Shown: piece after piece, positions 8,836 to 17,977 of the stretch
How the letters are laid out: the number at the start of each line of letters is the position of its first letter
How positions within the stretch are numbered: the first letter of the stretch is position 1
Assembly (NCBI GenBank): GCA_025454835.1
Contig: JALONQ010000004.1
Span: 111,144 to 175,143, forward strand
DNA: 64,000 bases
Source: Bacteroidota bacterium
Lineage (GTDB): Bacteria > Bacteroidota > Ignavibacteria > UBA10030
Reading direction: 5' to 3'
Notes under the pieces: model-generated
Seen by the model: only the letters and a program-made list of their open reading frames with translations
What the model was told of the DNA's origin: nothing
Database searches by the model: none
Program-made: the position numbers and the translations under genes

Positions 8836-9834
8836 CTACATCAGGAGTTTGTACCGATTGAGCGCTTTCATGTAGTTCGCGCGCTCGAACGCCGACGGGT
8901 CGTGGACTGACTTGTGGCTCATGCTTCCCTTCATCTGCTCGACCGACACGTACTCGTGCTCGAACATCCACTTCTCCAATCCCTCCAACACTTCCTTGAG
9001 ATGCTCGGGGCCGCGCTTCAGCAACGCGGAACACATCATGGTGACGTCGGCGCCGGCCATCAGGAGTTTGATCACGTCGTCCGAGGTATGGATGCCGCTC
9101 GTCGCCGCGAGGCTGGCCTTGATGCGGCTGTGAAGGATGGCGACCCAGCGCATCGGCAGCGTACTGGCCGACGAGTCGCTCAGATGGACATGCGGCGTCA
9201 CCTCGAGCTCGTTGATATTGATGTCGGGCTGATAGAACCGGTTGAAGAGAACGAGGCCATCCGCTCCGGCGTTGACGAGCCGCTGGGCCACATTGGCCAG
9301 CGCGGTGAAGTAGGGGCTCAGCTTGACCGCCACGGGGATCGCCACCGTGCTCTTGACCGCGTGAAGGACGTCGAGGTAGCGCGCTTCCACATCGTCGCCG
9401 GCCAGCGCCGGGTCGGTGGGAATGTAGTAGACGTTGAGCTCCAGAGCATCGGCTCCCGCCTCTTCCATGTGCTTCGCATACTTCACCCAGCCGCCGGTCG
9501 ACACGCCGTTCAGGCTCCCGATCACCGGGACCTCCAACGATTCGGAGGCCTTCCTCAGAAGCTCGAGATATTGGTCCGGCTCGAGGTTGTATTCCTTCGC
9601 TTCTGGGAAGTATGTGAGCGCCTCGGCGTAGGACTGCGTACCGTAGGACAGATAGTGGTCGATCTCGAACGATTCGTGTTCGATCTGTTCCTCGAACAAC
9701 GAGTACATGACGATCGCCGCCGCTCCGGCATCCTCCAGCCGTTTCATCGAATCGATGTTGCGTGAGAGAGGGCTGGCCGACGGGACGAGCGGGTTCTTAA
9801 GACGTTTTCCAAGGTAATACGTTGAGAGATCCAT
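8836..9834 (-). CDS. dihydroorotate dehydrogenase-like FMN-binding TIM-barrel flavoprotein
   Basis: It resembles the class-1 DHOD / PyrD-like fold (VIGSLNGVSTGGWVKYAKHMEEAGADALELNV...AIPVAVKLSPYFT...GADGLVLFNRF...LAATSGIHTSDDVIKLLMAGADVTMMCSALL). Confidence 0.7.
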   Translation of the reverse strand: MDLSTYYLGKRLKNPLVPSASPLSRNIDSMKRLEDAGAAAIVMYSLFEEQIEHESFEIDHYLSYGTQSYAEALTYFPEAKEYNLEPDQYLELLRKASESLEVPVIGSLNGVSTGGWVKYAKHMEEAGADALELNVYYIPTDPALAGDDVEARYLDVLHAVKSTVAIPVAVKLSPYFTALANVAQRLVNAGADGLVLFNRFYQPDININELEVTPHVHLSDSSASTLPMRWVAILHSRIKASLAATSGIHTSDDVIKLLMAGADVTMMCSALLKRGPEHLKEVLEGLEKWMFEHEYVSVEQMKGSMSHKSVHDPSAFERANYMKALNRYKLLM

Positions 9835-9954
9835 GGTATTCCTGTGTGGTCCTTGGTGCGTACTCTGTGGAGAGTATGCAGTAAGCAGGTACTCTCAGGC
9901 CTGTGCCATGTGGAAATCAGTGTTAACAGATCAGAGATCTTTGACACATGGTTT

Positions 9955-9999
9955 CAACCTGCCTATACCCTGCCCGAACCTGCCTACTGCCTACTTCTC
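9955..9999. repeat. short GTAGGCAG-type motif immediately 3' of the nifJ stop, shared with 57934-57980
   Basis: cctgcctataccctgcccgaacctgcctactgcctactt here matches cctgcccacaacctgatcgtacctgcctactgcctactt at 57.9 kb. The 20-nt core is 19/20 identical. Each copy sits 4-9 nt after the stop of a minus-strand gene. Confidence 0.5.
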
Positions 10000-10007
10000 A
10001 ATGTTAT

Positions 10008-13000
10008 CTACTGCTTCTCCTCGACCTTCTCCGGTGCCGCTGTTCCTCCGTCGTGCGCATACTGCTCGTAGAGCGCCCATCGTTCCTTCACATCGGCCTG
10101 CGCCTGCGCGCCGAGTTCCTTTGCCCTGTCGGGATGGCTCTTCTCGAGCATTCGGAACCGTGTCTCGAGCGAGGTGAACTCCTTGAGTGACTTCGACGGG
10201 GCCTTCGAATCGAGCTTGAAGGGGTTCTTTCCTTCGTGCGCCAGGAGCGGGTTGTACCGGAACAACTGCCAGTAGCCCGTTTCGACAGCCACCTTCTGAT
10301 TGGTCATGCCACGGGCCATGTCGATGCCGTGAGCGATGCAGTGGCTGTACGCGATGATGATCGACGGTCCGTCGTACGCCTCGGCCTCGAGGAAGGCGCG
10401 GATGGTCTGGGCGTCATTCGAGCCCATGGCCACCTTCGCCACGTAGACGTTGCCGTACGACATGGCGATCATGGCCAGGTCCTTCTTGCTCGTCGGCTTG
10501 CCCGACGCGGCGAACTTGGCAACCGCCGACCGCGGCGTGGCCTTTGACATTTGGCCGCCGGTGTTGGAATAGACCTCGGTGTCGAGCACGAGGATATTGA
10601 CGTTGCGGCCAGAGGCAAGGACGTGGTCGAGACCGCCGAAGCCGATATCGTACGCCCATCCGTCGCCGCCCATGATCCAGATGCTCTTCTTGACAAGATA
10701 GTCGGCCAGGCTCAGCAGTCGCTTCGCCTCGGCTTCCTGCATGCCTGCGAGCTTCTTCTTGAGCACGTCGACCCGTTCGCGTTGCTCGTGGATGCCCGCC
10801 TCGTCGCTCTGTTTCGCTCCGAGGATGGCCATCGTCAGATCCTGACCGATGGCACCGGCCAGATGCCGGACGAGCTCCTGCGCCATTTCGAGGTTCTTGT
10901 CGATCGTCAGACGAATGCCCAAGCCGAACTCGGCGTTGTCTTCGAACAGCGAATTGGCCCACGCGGGTCCGCGCCCTTCGTTGTTGGCTGTCCACGGCGT
11001 GGTTGGAAGGTTGCCGCCGTAGATCGACGAACAGCCGGTGGCGTTCGCCACGATCATCCGGTCGCCGAACAACTGCGAGGCGAGCTTGACGTACGGCGTT
11101 TCGCCGCAGCCGGAGCAGGCGCCCGAGTACTCGAACAACGGCTGGAAGAACTGCGTCCCTTTGACCGTGTCGGTGCGAACCGTGCGGCGGTCCACTTCCG
11201 GCAGGTTCAGGAAGAAATCATAGTTGAGCCGCTCGGGCAGGCGCAGGGGTTCCTGCGGCTTCATGTTGATGGCCTTCACCTTCACTTCGCGCTTGCTCTT
11301 GGCCGGGCAGACCTCGACACAGAGGTTACAGCCTGTGCAATCTTCCGGCGCCGTCTGCACGGTGTACTTGAGGCCCTTGTATTCGACCCCTTTGTACTCC
11401 ATCGACTTGAAGGTCTCGGGCGCATTGGCCAAGGCCGCGCCGTCGTACACCTTCACGCGGATGGCGGCATGCGGACACACGAGAGCGCACTTGTTGCACT
11501 GGATGCAGATGTCCGGCTCCCAGACGGGGATCTCGAGGGCGATGTTCCGCTTCTCCCACTGTGTCGTGCCCACGGGATATGTGCCATCCTCGGGCAGCAG
11601 GCTGACGGGCATGGTGTCTCCCTTGCCCGCGATGATGGGGGCCGTCGTCCTCTGGACGAACGCCGGGGCCTGCGGCGACACCACGGGGGGCAGTTCGATC
11701 GTGCTCGAGACCTTGTCGGGCACCTTCACCGCGAACAGATTCGCCAGGGTCTGGTCGACCGCCTCGTAGTTCTTCTGGACGACGTGCTCGCCCTTCTTGC
11801 CGTAGGTCTTCTTGATGGAGTTCTTGATGGCCGCGATCGCCTCGTCCTTCGGCAGGACACCGGAGATGGCGAAGAAGCAGGTTTGCATGATCGTGTTGAT
11901 ACGACCGCCCATTCCGGTGGCTGTCGCGACCTTGTACGCATCGATCACGTAGAGCTGGATCTTCTTTTCGAGGATCGTCTCCTGCGTCACGCGGGGAAGA
12001 TGATTCCACACGACGTCAGGGCCGTACAGGCTGTTCAGGAGGAACACGCTCCCGGGGGCCGCCGCCTCGAGGACGTTGTACTTCTCGAGGAAGAACCACT
12101 GGTGACACGCGATGAAGTTGGCGCGATCGATCAGATAGGGCGTCTTCAGCTGCTTCGGACCGAACCGCAAGTGCGACGTGGTGGTCGAGCCCGATTTCTT
12201 CGAGTCGTAGACAAAATAGCCCTGCGCGTAGAACGGCGTCTCTTCGCCGATGATCTTGATCGAATTCTTGTTCGCCCCGACGGTACCGTCGGCGCCAAGC
12301 CCGAAGAAGAGGGCCCGCTTCACCTCTTCGCCTTCGACCGAGAACGTGGGATCGTAGACGAGCGATGTATGCGTCACGTCGTCGTTGATGCCGACCGTGA
12401 ACCCATTCTTCGGCGAGGGCTTCTTCAACTCATCGAAGACGGCCTTCACCATCGCCGGCGTGAACTCCTTCGATGAAAGGCCATAGCGACCTCCCACCAC
12501 CCTTGGCATCGAGGCAAACGGGAGCGTTCCGTTCTGCTGGGCGGTGCCCAGGGACGTTATGACATCCATATAGAGCGGTTCGCCCGCAGCGCCCGGCTCC
12601 TTGCAGCGGTCGAGAACGCCGATCGTCTTGACCGACTTCGGCAAGGCCGCCAGGAAGTGCTCAAGCGAGAACGGACGATAGAGCCGGACCTTCAGGACGC
12701 CGACCTTCTCCCCCTTGTTGGCAAGATACTCGACGGTGTCATGCACCGTCTCGGCACCGGAACCCATGACGATGACGACCCGCTCTGCGTCGGGGGCGCC
12801 CACATACTCGAAGAGCTCATAGCGACGTCCGGTCACGGTCTCGAACTTTTGCATCGCCTTCTCGACGATGCCGGGGCAGGCCGTGTAGTACGTGTTGCAG
12901 CGTTCACGCGACTGGAAGAAGACGTCGGGATTCTGCGCCGTACCACGGATCACCGGATTGTCGGGCGTCAGGGCGCGCTTGCGATGCGCGAGGATCATGT

Positions 13001-13628
13001 CGTCGTCGACCATCGCCCGGAGCTGCTCGTCGCTCAGCTCTTGGATCTTCATGACTTCGTGCGACGTCCGGAATCCGTCGAAGAAGTGCAGAAAGGGGAG
13101 GCGCGACTCGAGCGTCGCGGCCTGCGCGATGCACGCGAAGTCCATCACTTCCTGAACAGAACAGGACGACAGCATGCCCCAACCGGTCGAGCGGGTCGAC
13201 ATGACGTCGGAATGATCGCCGAAGATCGACAAGGCATGCGTGGCGACGGTGCGGGCCGCGATGTGGAAGACGGTCGGCGTGAGTTCGCCGGCGATCTTGA
13301 ACATGTTCGGGATCATCAGGAGCAGTCCCTGCGATGCCGTGAAGGTGGTGGCCAGCGATCCGGCCTGGAGTGCGCCGTGGATCGCCCCTGCCGCTCCGCC
13401 TTCGCTTTGCATCTCAATAACGAGCGGTACGGTCCCCCAGATGTTCTGCTTTCCGTTCGCCGACCATTCGTCGGCCCATTCACCCATGTTCGAGGAAGGG
13501 GTGATCGGATAGATGGCGATGACTTCGTTCAGTTTGTGGGCGACGTACGCAGCCGCCTCGTTGCCGTCGATCATGACTGGGGTTGCCGCCGACGGACGCG
13601 GACCCTCTTGATTGCTTGACATGGTCAT
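10008..13628 (-). CDS. nifJ: pyruvate:ferredoxin (flavodoxin) oxidoreductase, single-polypeptide type
   Basis: The 1206-aa product has the PFOR domain order I-VI. It carries two ferredoxin-type Cys clusters (CIQCNKCALVCPHAAI; CTGCNLCVEVCP) and the C-terminal TPP-binding domain (GGDGWAYDIGFGGLDHV). Confidence 0.95.
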   Translation of the reverse strand: MTMSSNQEGPRPSAATPVMIDGNEAAAYVAHKLNEVIAIYPITPSSNMGEWADEWSANGKQNIWGTVPLVIEMQSEGGAAGAIHGALQAGSLATTFTASQGLLLMIPNMFKIAGELTPTVFHIAARTVATHALSIFGDHSDVMSTRSTGWGMLSSCSVQEVMDFACIAQAATLESRLPFLHFFDGFRTSHEVMKIQELSDEQLRAMVDDDMILAHRKRALTPDNPVIRGTAQNPDVFFQSRERCNTYYTACPGIVEKAMQKFETVTGRRYELFEYVGAPDAERVVIVMGSGAETVHDTVEYLANKGEKVGVLKVRLYRPFSLEHFLAALPKSVKTIGVLDRCKEPGAAGEPLYMDVITSLGTAQQNGTLPFASMPRVVGGRYGLSSKEFTPAMVKAVFDELKKPSPKNGFTVGINDDVTHTSLVYDPTFSVEGEEVKRALFFGLGADGTVGANKNSIKIIGEETPFYAQGYFVYDSKKSGSTTTSHLRFGPKQLKTPYLIDRANFIACHQWFFLEKYNVLEAAAPGSVFLLNSLYGPDVVWNHLPRVTQETILEKKIQLYVIDAYKVATATGMGGRINTIMQTCFFAISGVLPKDEAIAAIKNSIKKTYGKKGEHVVQKNYEAVDQTLANLFAVKVPDKVSSTIELPPVVSPQAPAFVQRTTAPIIAGKGDTMPVSLLPEDGTYPVGTTQWEKRNIALEIPVWEPDICIQCNKCALVCPHAAIRVKVYDGAALANAPETFKSMEYKGVEYKGLKYTVQTAPEDCTGCNLCVEVCPAKSKREVKVKAINMKPQEPLRLPERLNYDFFLNLPEVDRRTVRTDTVKGTQFFQPLFEYSGACSGCGETPYVKLASQLFGDRMIVANATGCSSIYGGNLPTTPWTANNEGRGPAWANSLFEDNAEFGLGIRLTIDKNLEMAQELVRHLAGAIGQDLTMAILGAKQSDEAGIHEQRERVDVLKKKLAGMQEAEAKRLLSLADYLVKKSIWIMGGDGWAYDIGFGGLDHVLASGRNVNILVLDTEVYSNTGGQMSKATPRSAVAKFAASGKPTSKKDLAMIAMSYGNVYVAKVAMGSNDAQTIRAFLEAEAYDGPSIIIAYSHCIAHGIDMARGMTNQKVAVETGYWQLFRYNPLLAHEGKNPFKLDSKAPSKSLKEFTSLETRFRMLEKSHPDRAKELGAQAQADVKERWALYEQYAHDGGTAAPEKVEEKQ

Positions 13629-13846
13629 TTCTCAGGGTAGAATGATGTTCAAAACCGTTGCATCAAAGGCAAAATGCAGGCCACAAGCGCCTGTGCAAAA
13701 CGGGCAGAATCAGCCCCTTTCGAGCGCTTGAAGAGCCCGCAGACTCGCAAAATTTGGAATCTCAGGCGGTCAATTGTTCAAGGTGAAATCTCGGAGCGGC
13801 ACGGATCAAGCCCGGCGGAGCCGCGACGCGATGTCCCATCCCCAGC

Positions 13847-14794
13847 TCAATTCACCGCAAACCCTGCTTCCGGGAGCGCATAGTAACGGTTCCCCTCGAA
13901 CTCGACGATCCGGAGGCGACCGGAAGCGACAAGAGCATCCAGGGCCGAGGCAACCGTAGCCGAATCAACCCCCAGGCCGGCGGCGACATCGACCGCTGAC
14001 ATCGGTCGACGCGCTACGACGTCAAGCATCTCCTGGTCGCTCGGCAAGTGCGCCGGAGCGCATGAGCGCTCACGGGTCGGGCTGATGATCTCCGCACGAG
14101 GCCCGAGCATCGTCCGGATCTGCTCGAGGCGTTCGTGCGACACAGGGTGTGCCCATGGTTCTGCGGGCGGTCGCACGACCGTGTTGATCTGCACCTTGTC
14201 CGGCGCAATGCGATCGATGGCCTGCCGGAGCAGCCAGACCTCTTCATCGTGGTCGTTCATCCCCAGCACGAACAAGACCTCCAGCCACATCTTGCCTTGG
14301 AATTGCCGTCGGAACTCAACGAGACCTTCGATCACCTGGACAGCCGTCAGACGCGGGTGCGGACGGTCGATCCGGCGGAAGACATCCTCGGAGACCGCGT
14401 CGAGCGACGGACAGACGATATCGGCGGTGGTCAGGTCCTTGCGCACATCCTCTTTCCAGAGCAGCGTGCCATTCGTCAGCACGACGAGCGGCGCCGAGGT
14501 CATCTGGCGCGCGGCGCGCAGCAGGTCGCCAAGTCCGGCGTGCAGCGTCGGCTCGCCGGACCCCGAGAACGTGACACAGTCGACACCCGGATGGGCGGCG
14601 AGGGCGGCGCGCAGCTCCTTCAGAATGATGTCGGTGGGGATGTACTCACGGCGGGCCAATCCGCGCTTGTCGGTGCGGCCCACTTCGCAGTAGACGCAAT
14701 CCAGCGTACACAGCTTGCGGGGGATGACGTCGACGCCGAGCGAACGCCCGAAGCGTCGAGAGGGGACGGGACCAAAGACGGTTCGCACGCTCAC
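13847..14794 (-). CDS. radical SAM enzyme with C-terminal winged-helix/HTH domain
   Basis: It has the CxxxCxxC motif (CTLDCVYCEVG), a glycine-rich SAM motif (TFSGSGEPTL) and a C-terminal helix-turn-helix-like region (MSAVDVAAGLGVDSATVASALDALVASGRLRI). The proposed GTG start at 14794 overlaps the stop of the upstream small ORF (ATGTGA). The longer ORF start at 14851 is Arg/Ala/Pro-rich. Confidence 0.7.
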   Translation of the reverse strand: MSVRTVFGPVPSRRFGRSLGVDVIPRKLCTLDCVYCEVGRTDKRGLARREYIPTDIILKELRAALAAHPGVDCVTFSGSGEPTLHAGLGDLLRAARQMTSAPLVVLTNGTLLWKEDVRKDLTTADIVCPSLDAVSEDVFRRIDRPHPRLTAVQVIEGLVEFRRQFQGKMWLEVLFVLGMNDHDEEVWLLRQAIDRIAPDKVQINTVVRPPAEPWAHPVSHERLEQIRTMLGPRAEIISPTRERSCAPAHLPSDQEMLDVVARRPMSAVDVAAGLGVDSATVASALDALVASGRLRIVEFEGNRYYALPEAGFAVN

Positions 14795-15054
14795 ATCCAG
14801 AACTCGATCTCTGCGGGGGGCTGCTCTTCGCGATGCTCGCGGCGCTGGCACGACTGCACGAACGCTTCGATGCCTTCAACGCGGGCCTGAAGGTCGCCGA
14901 TGAGCTCATTCAACCGCATCACGCGAGCGTCGCCATGACGTCCGGCATCGAGCATGCCGATCTCTTTGCGAAGCTCCGTGACACGGCTCAGCGAGACCTC
15001 GAGGTCATGCACGACGGCCTCGATGCTCCGGTCCACACGGGTCTGTACCACCAT
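14791..15054 (-). CDS. small hypothetical coiled-coil protein (87 aa)
   Basis: The composition is protein-like and not GC-artefact-like (VDRSIEAVVHDLEVSLSRVTELRKEIGMLD...LNELIGDLQARVEGIEAFVQ). Its stop overlaps the radical-SAM GTG start. Confidence 0.35.
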   Translation of the reverse strand: MVVQTRVDRSIEAVVHDLEVSLSRVTELRKEIGMLDAGRHGDARVMRLNELIGDLQARVEGIEAFVQSCQRREHREEQPPAEIEFWM

Positions 15055-15225
15055 GGTGTGTCCTCCGTGAACAGGACGTCAACCATCGTCGGGCGGGCCA
15101 TCAACGCGCCAACCGCCAATGGCACCGCGACGATCGAACAAGGGCGCCTTCGCCGCCAGAGGACGCGCCGTCGCGTTGCGTGCGACAGCCTCAGAGGTCC
15201 TTCTGGCCGGCTTCGGACGACCCTC

Positions 15226-15549
15226 TCAGGCCGGACGGGCCTGAAGGTCCTTCAGATGCTCAACGATGGCGGGCAGCACCCGGTCGAAGGCACATTCGAG
15301 TCGATTCGCCCGCCAGCAGGTACCGTCGGCATCGCGGGTACCGCAGACACGGCACACCTCCTCACGCACATGCTCCCGCTGGTCGGGCAGTCCATCGAAG
15401 GCCACGACCGCATGGTGGGCGACCGCCAGGTGATCGCGCAGAGCGCAGGATTCATCGACCGGCAAATGACACCGGCCATGTGGGTCGCCGTCGATGCAGG
15501 TCGTGCAGACCTGCCGTTGCATCTCGTGCCACAGTTGTTCCATGACCAC
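15226..15549 (-). CDS. small cysteine-rich (probable metal-binding) protein
   Basis: At least nine Cys occur in CxxC/CxC spacings (CTTCIDGDPHGRCH...ESCALRDH...CRVCGTRDADGTCWRANRLEC). It ends 12 nt before the CoA-transferase gene. It resembles YgbA-type Cys-rich proteins, but the family is uncertain. Confidence 0.4.
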   Translation of the reverse strand: MVMEQLWHEMQRQVCTTCIDGDPHGRCHLPVDESCALRDHLAVAHHAVVAFDGLPDQREHVREEVCRVCGTRDADGTCWRANRLECAFDRVLPAIVEHLKDLQARPA

Positions 15550-15561
15550 CTCCGTTGGAGG

Positions 15562-16875
15562 TCAGGCCATCGCCCCTGCCTTCTGGTTGCTTCCCCTTCT
15601 CAACGCTCGTTCCAGCTCGGCCTGATGCGACGGGTGCGCTATTGCCAAGAGAGCGTCGGCGCGCTGGCGAAGATTCCTGCCGTGCAAAGCCGCGATGCCG
15701 AACTCCGTAACGACGTAGTGGACATCCGCTCGGCTTGTGACGACCCCGGCCCCCGGCGCAAGCAGGGCGACGATGCGCGAGATCTTGCCGTCCTTGGTGG
15801 TCGAAGGGAGGGCGATGATCGGCTTCCCTCCTTTCGAATACGACGCACCGCGAATGAAGTCCACCTGACCGCCGAAACCGCTGTAGATCTTCGGGCCGAT
15901 CGAATCGGAGCACACCTGGCCCGTGATATCGACCTCGATGGCCGAATTGATGGCCACCTGGTTATCGTTCTGCGCGATGACGAACGGGTTGTTGGTATAG
16001 TTGCAGGGATGGAGCTCGAACAACGGGTTGTTGTCCACGTAGCCGTACAGCTCGTTCGACCCGAGGATGAAGGTGGCGATCACCTTGCCGCGATGGATCG
16101 ACTTCTTCGCGTTCGTCACGATCCCTTTTTCGATCGCTTCGACGACGCCGTCGGAGACCATTTCGGTATGGATCCCGAGATGCTGACGTCCGTCGAGCAG
16201 TTTGAGCACAGCGTCGGGAATGCCGCCGATGCCGAGCTGCATTGTGGCGCCATCCTCGATGAGCGTGGCGATATGGCCCGCGATGCGCATCTCCAGGTCG
16301 GAGGCCGGCTTCGGCACGAGGGTCATGAGCGGCTCGGAGCACTCCACGATCTTCTGGACGCGGGATACGTGGATGAAATCGTCTCCGAGCGTGCGCGGCA
16401 TGCGCTCGTTGACCTGGGCCACGACGATCCTCGCGCTCTCGGCGGCCGACTTCGTTGCTGCGCACTCCACGCCGTAGCTCATGAACCCATGCTCATCCGG
16501 GGGCGAGACATGAATAAAGGCGACGTCGAGCGGAATGACATGCTCGGTGAAGAGGGCCGGTATGTCGGACAGGTGCACGGGCACGTATTCCGACCGGCCG
16601 TCGGCGATCGCCTCGCGGTCGGCGGGGCCGACAAAGAGCGAGTTATGACGGAAGCTCGCCTCCATGCCCGGCTTGGCCAGCGGATCCTCACCGAGCAGGA
16701 GCACGTGGTTCACTTCGACGCTGCGCAGTTCGGCTGCGCGTCGGGCGAGGGCGTGGGTCAGCAAGAGCGGTGTGGCCGCGTTGCCAGAGATGAAGATGCG
16801 GTCGCCCGATTTGACCGTCGTCACGGCCTCATCGGGTGACACCACCTTGACCATGTAATGGGGAAGCCAGTTCAC
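15562..16875 (-). CDS. acetyl-CoA hydrolase/transferase family protein (4-hydroxybutyrate/succinyl-CoA:acetate CoA-transferase-like)
   Basis: It contains AcetylCoA_hydro N- and C-terminal domains (SGDRIFISGNAATP...VVAQVNERMPRTLGD...ITGQVCSDSIGPKIYSGFGGQVDFIRGA). Confidence 0.85.
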   Translation of the reverse strand: MNWLPHYMVKVVSPDEAVTTVKSGDRIFISGNAATPLLLTHALARRAAELRSVEVNHVLLLGEDPLAKPGMEASFRHNSLFVGPADREAIADGRSEYVPVHLSDIPALFTEHVIPLDVAFIHVSPPDEHGFMSYGVECAATKSAAESARIVVAQVNERMPRTLGDDFIHVSRVQKIVECSEPLMTLVPKPASDLEMRIAGHIATLIEDGATMQLGIGGIPDAVLKLLDGRQHLGIHTEMVSDGVVEAIEKGIVTNAKKSIHRGKVIATFILGSNELYGYVDNNPLFELHPCNYTNNPFVIAQNDNQVAINSAIEVDITGQVCSDSIGPKIYSGFGGQVDFIRGASYSKGGKPIIALPSTTKDGKISRIVALLAPGAGVVTSRADVHYVVTEFGIAALHGRNLRQRADALLAIAHPSHQAELERALRRGSNQKAGAMA

Positions 16876-17003
16876 TCAGGACTCCTTGGGCCGGTCCGCA
16901 TCGCGGAGGACGGCGATTCATGAGAGGTCGGAAGCATGGGATGACGTGGAACCGGGCCGGCATCACCGGAAAGGCGGTCGGAAGGCGGAATGAATGGCGC
17001 GGC

Positions 17004-17504
17004 CTAAGCGGCTTGGCCGCTCTTCAGCAGGTCTTCGATGGCCTGCGAGACCATCTCGACGTCGACGGGCTTGTAGAACACGAGGGCGCCCATCGCTTCG
17101 ATCTCCACCGTCACATCCTGGCGAAGCGGCATGTAGCCGCGCAGAAGGATGAGCGGAACGTTCGACGGCCGGGCGCGCAGCACTTCGAGCACGCGACGGA
17201 CGTCTTCCGAGAACGTGAAGAGATCAACGAGCACGAGGTCCGGATCGGCCAAACGCAGCGACTCCGCCAGGGCGGAGATCGTCGTTTCTCGCGTGATGTG
17301 GTAGCGATCCTCGAGGATCAAGACCAGCGTGCGCGCAAGGTCCGCGTCCGGGCTGAAGATGAGAACGTTCTTCGCCCCCGACCCATCCTTCGGGTCACGA
17401 GCCGACGAAGCCGTCGTATGTGACGCTGTTGCCATTCGTTCATCCTCCGGCGCCGGTACGTACGCCGTCCCGACATCGCCATGGGCGATGCCGGGACCGG
17501 ACAC
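17004..17504 (-). CDS. CheY-like receiver domain protein (standalone)
   Basis: The receiver-like alternating beta/alpha pattern is present (NVLIFSPDADLARTLVLILE...DLVLVDLF...PLILL...LVFYKP). Confidence 0.45.
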   Translation of the reverse strand: MSGPGIAHGDVGTAYVPAPEDERMATASHTTASSARDPKDGSGAKNVLIFSPDADLARTLVLILEDRYHITRETTISALAESLRLADPDLVLVDLFTFSEDVRRVLEVLRARPSNVPLILLRGYMPLRQDVTVEIEAMGALVFYKPVDVEMVSQAIEDLLKSGQAA

Positions 17505-17518
17505 CGGGAACGATTCCC

Positions 17519-17743
17519 CTACGCCCGCTCCTCGACCGCGTGATCTTCGATCGAAAGCTCGGCGAGCTTGCGGTAGAGCGACGAGATGCTGATGCCCAGC
17601 AACTTCGCGACCTTCCGCTTGTCATTGCTGTTGGCGCGGAGCGACTCGAGAATGAGTGCTCGCTCGTACGAACGGACAGCTTCCTTCAATGTACCTGAAC
17701 CCACGAGGTTCGGCATGGCAGTCGTGATATAGTCATCGGACAT
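17519..17743 (-). CDS. small Fis-type helix-turn-helix DNA-binding protein
   Basis: The C-terminus matches the Fis/NtrC HTH (NDKRKVAKLLGISISSLYRKLAEL), which is almost the same as the HTH of the adjacent NtrC-like regulator (NKDETARALGMSLSSLYRKIEEL). Confidence 0.5.
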   Translation of the reverse strand: MSDDYITTAMPNLVGSGTLKEAVRSYERALILESLRANSNDKRKVAKLLGISISSLYRKLAELSIEDHAVEERA

Positions 17744-17977
17744 GTTTGTATCCCTCCGGGAGAACTTGGATCGGACCTGGACAGACGATTCGGCCCGGGC
17801 ATAGGCGGTTTGACAAGGAGCGTGCCACCACCGACGCAGCGGGAGGGCTGTAAATTCGGAATGGAAGAGGAGGACGGAAGGAACGTCGCCGAGAGGGGAT
17901 TCGAATTTCTGAGAAACGCTTTCCGGCGATTCCCACTAGTCGGAACGCCGAGAAACGCCCTGATGACGGCAGCTTTG

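Noticed and set aside
10551-12476. 641-aa plus-strand ORF antisense to nifJ, plus the 12657-13619 320-aa ORF
   Set aside because: Both are antisense to an unambiguous PFOR gene. They are GC third-position artefacts.
13629-13846. Sigma-54 promoters (TGGCAC-N5-TTGCA) upstream of nifJ, the CoA-transferase operon and other minus-strand genes near the NtrC-type regulator
   Set aside because: I scanned the intergenic regions on both strands by eye. No GG-N10-GC match with consensus flanks was found, so no promoter is called.
14833-16839. 668-aa plus-strand ORF antisense to the CoA-transferase operon
   Set aside because: It overlaps three supported minus-strand genes. It has Arg/Asp/Gly-rich composition and no motifs.
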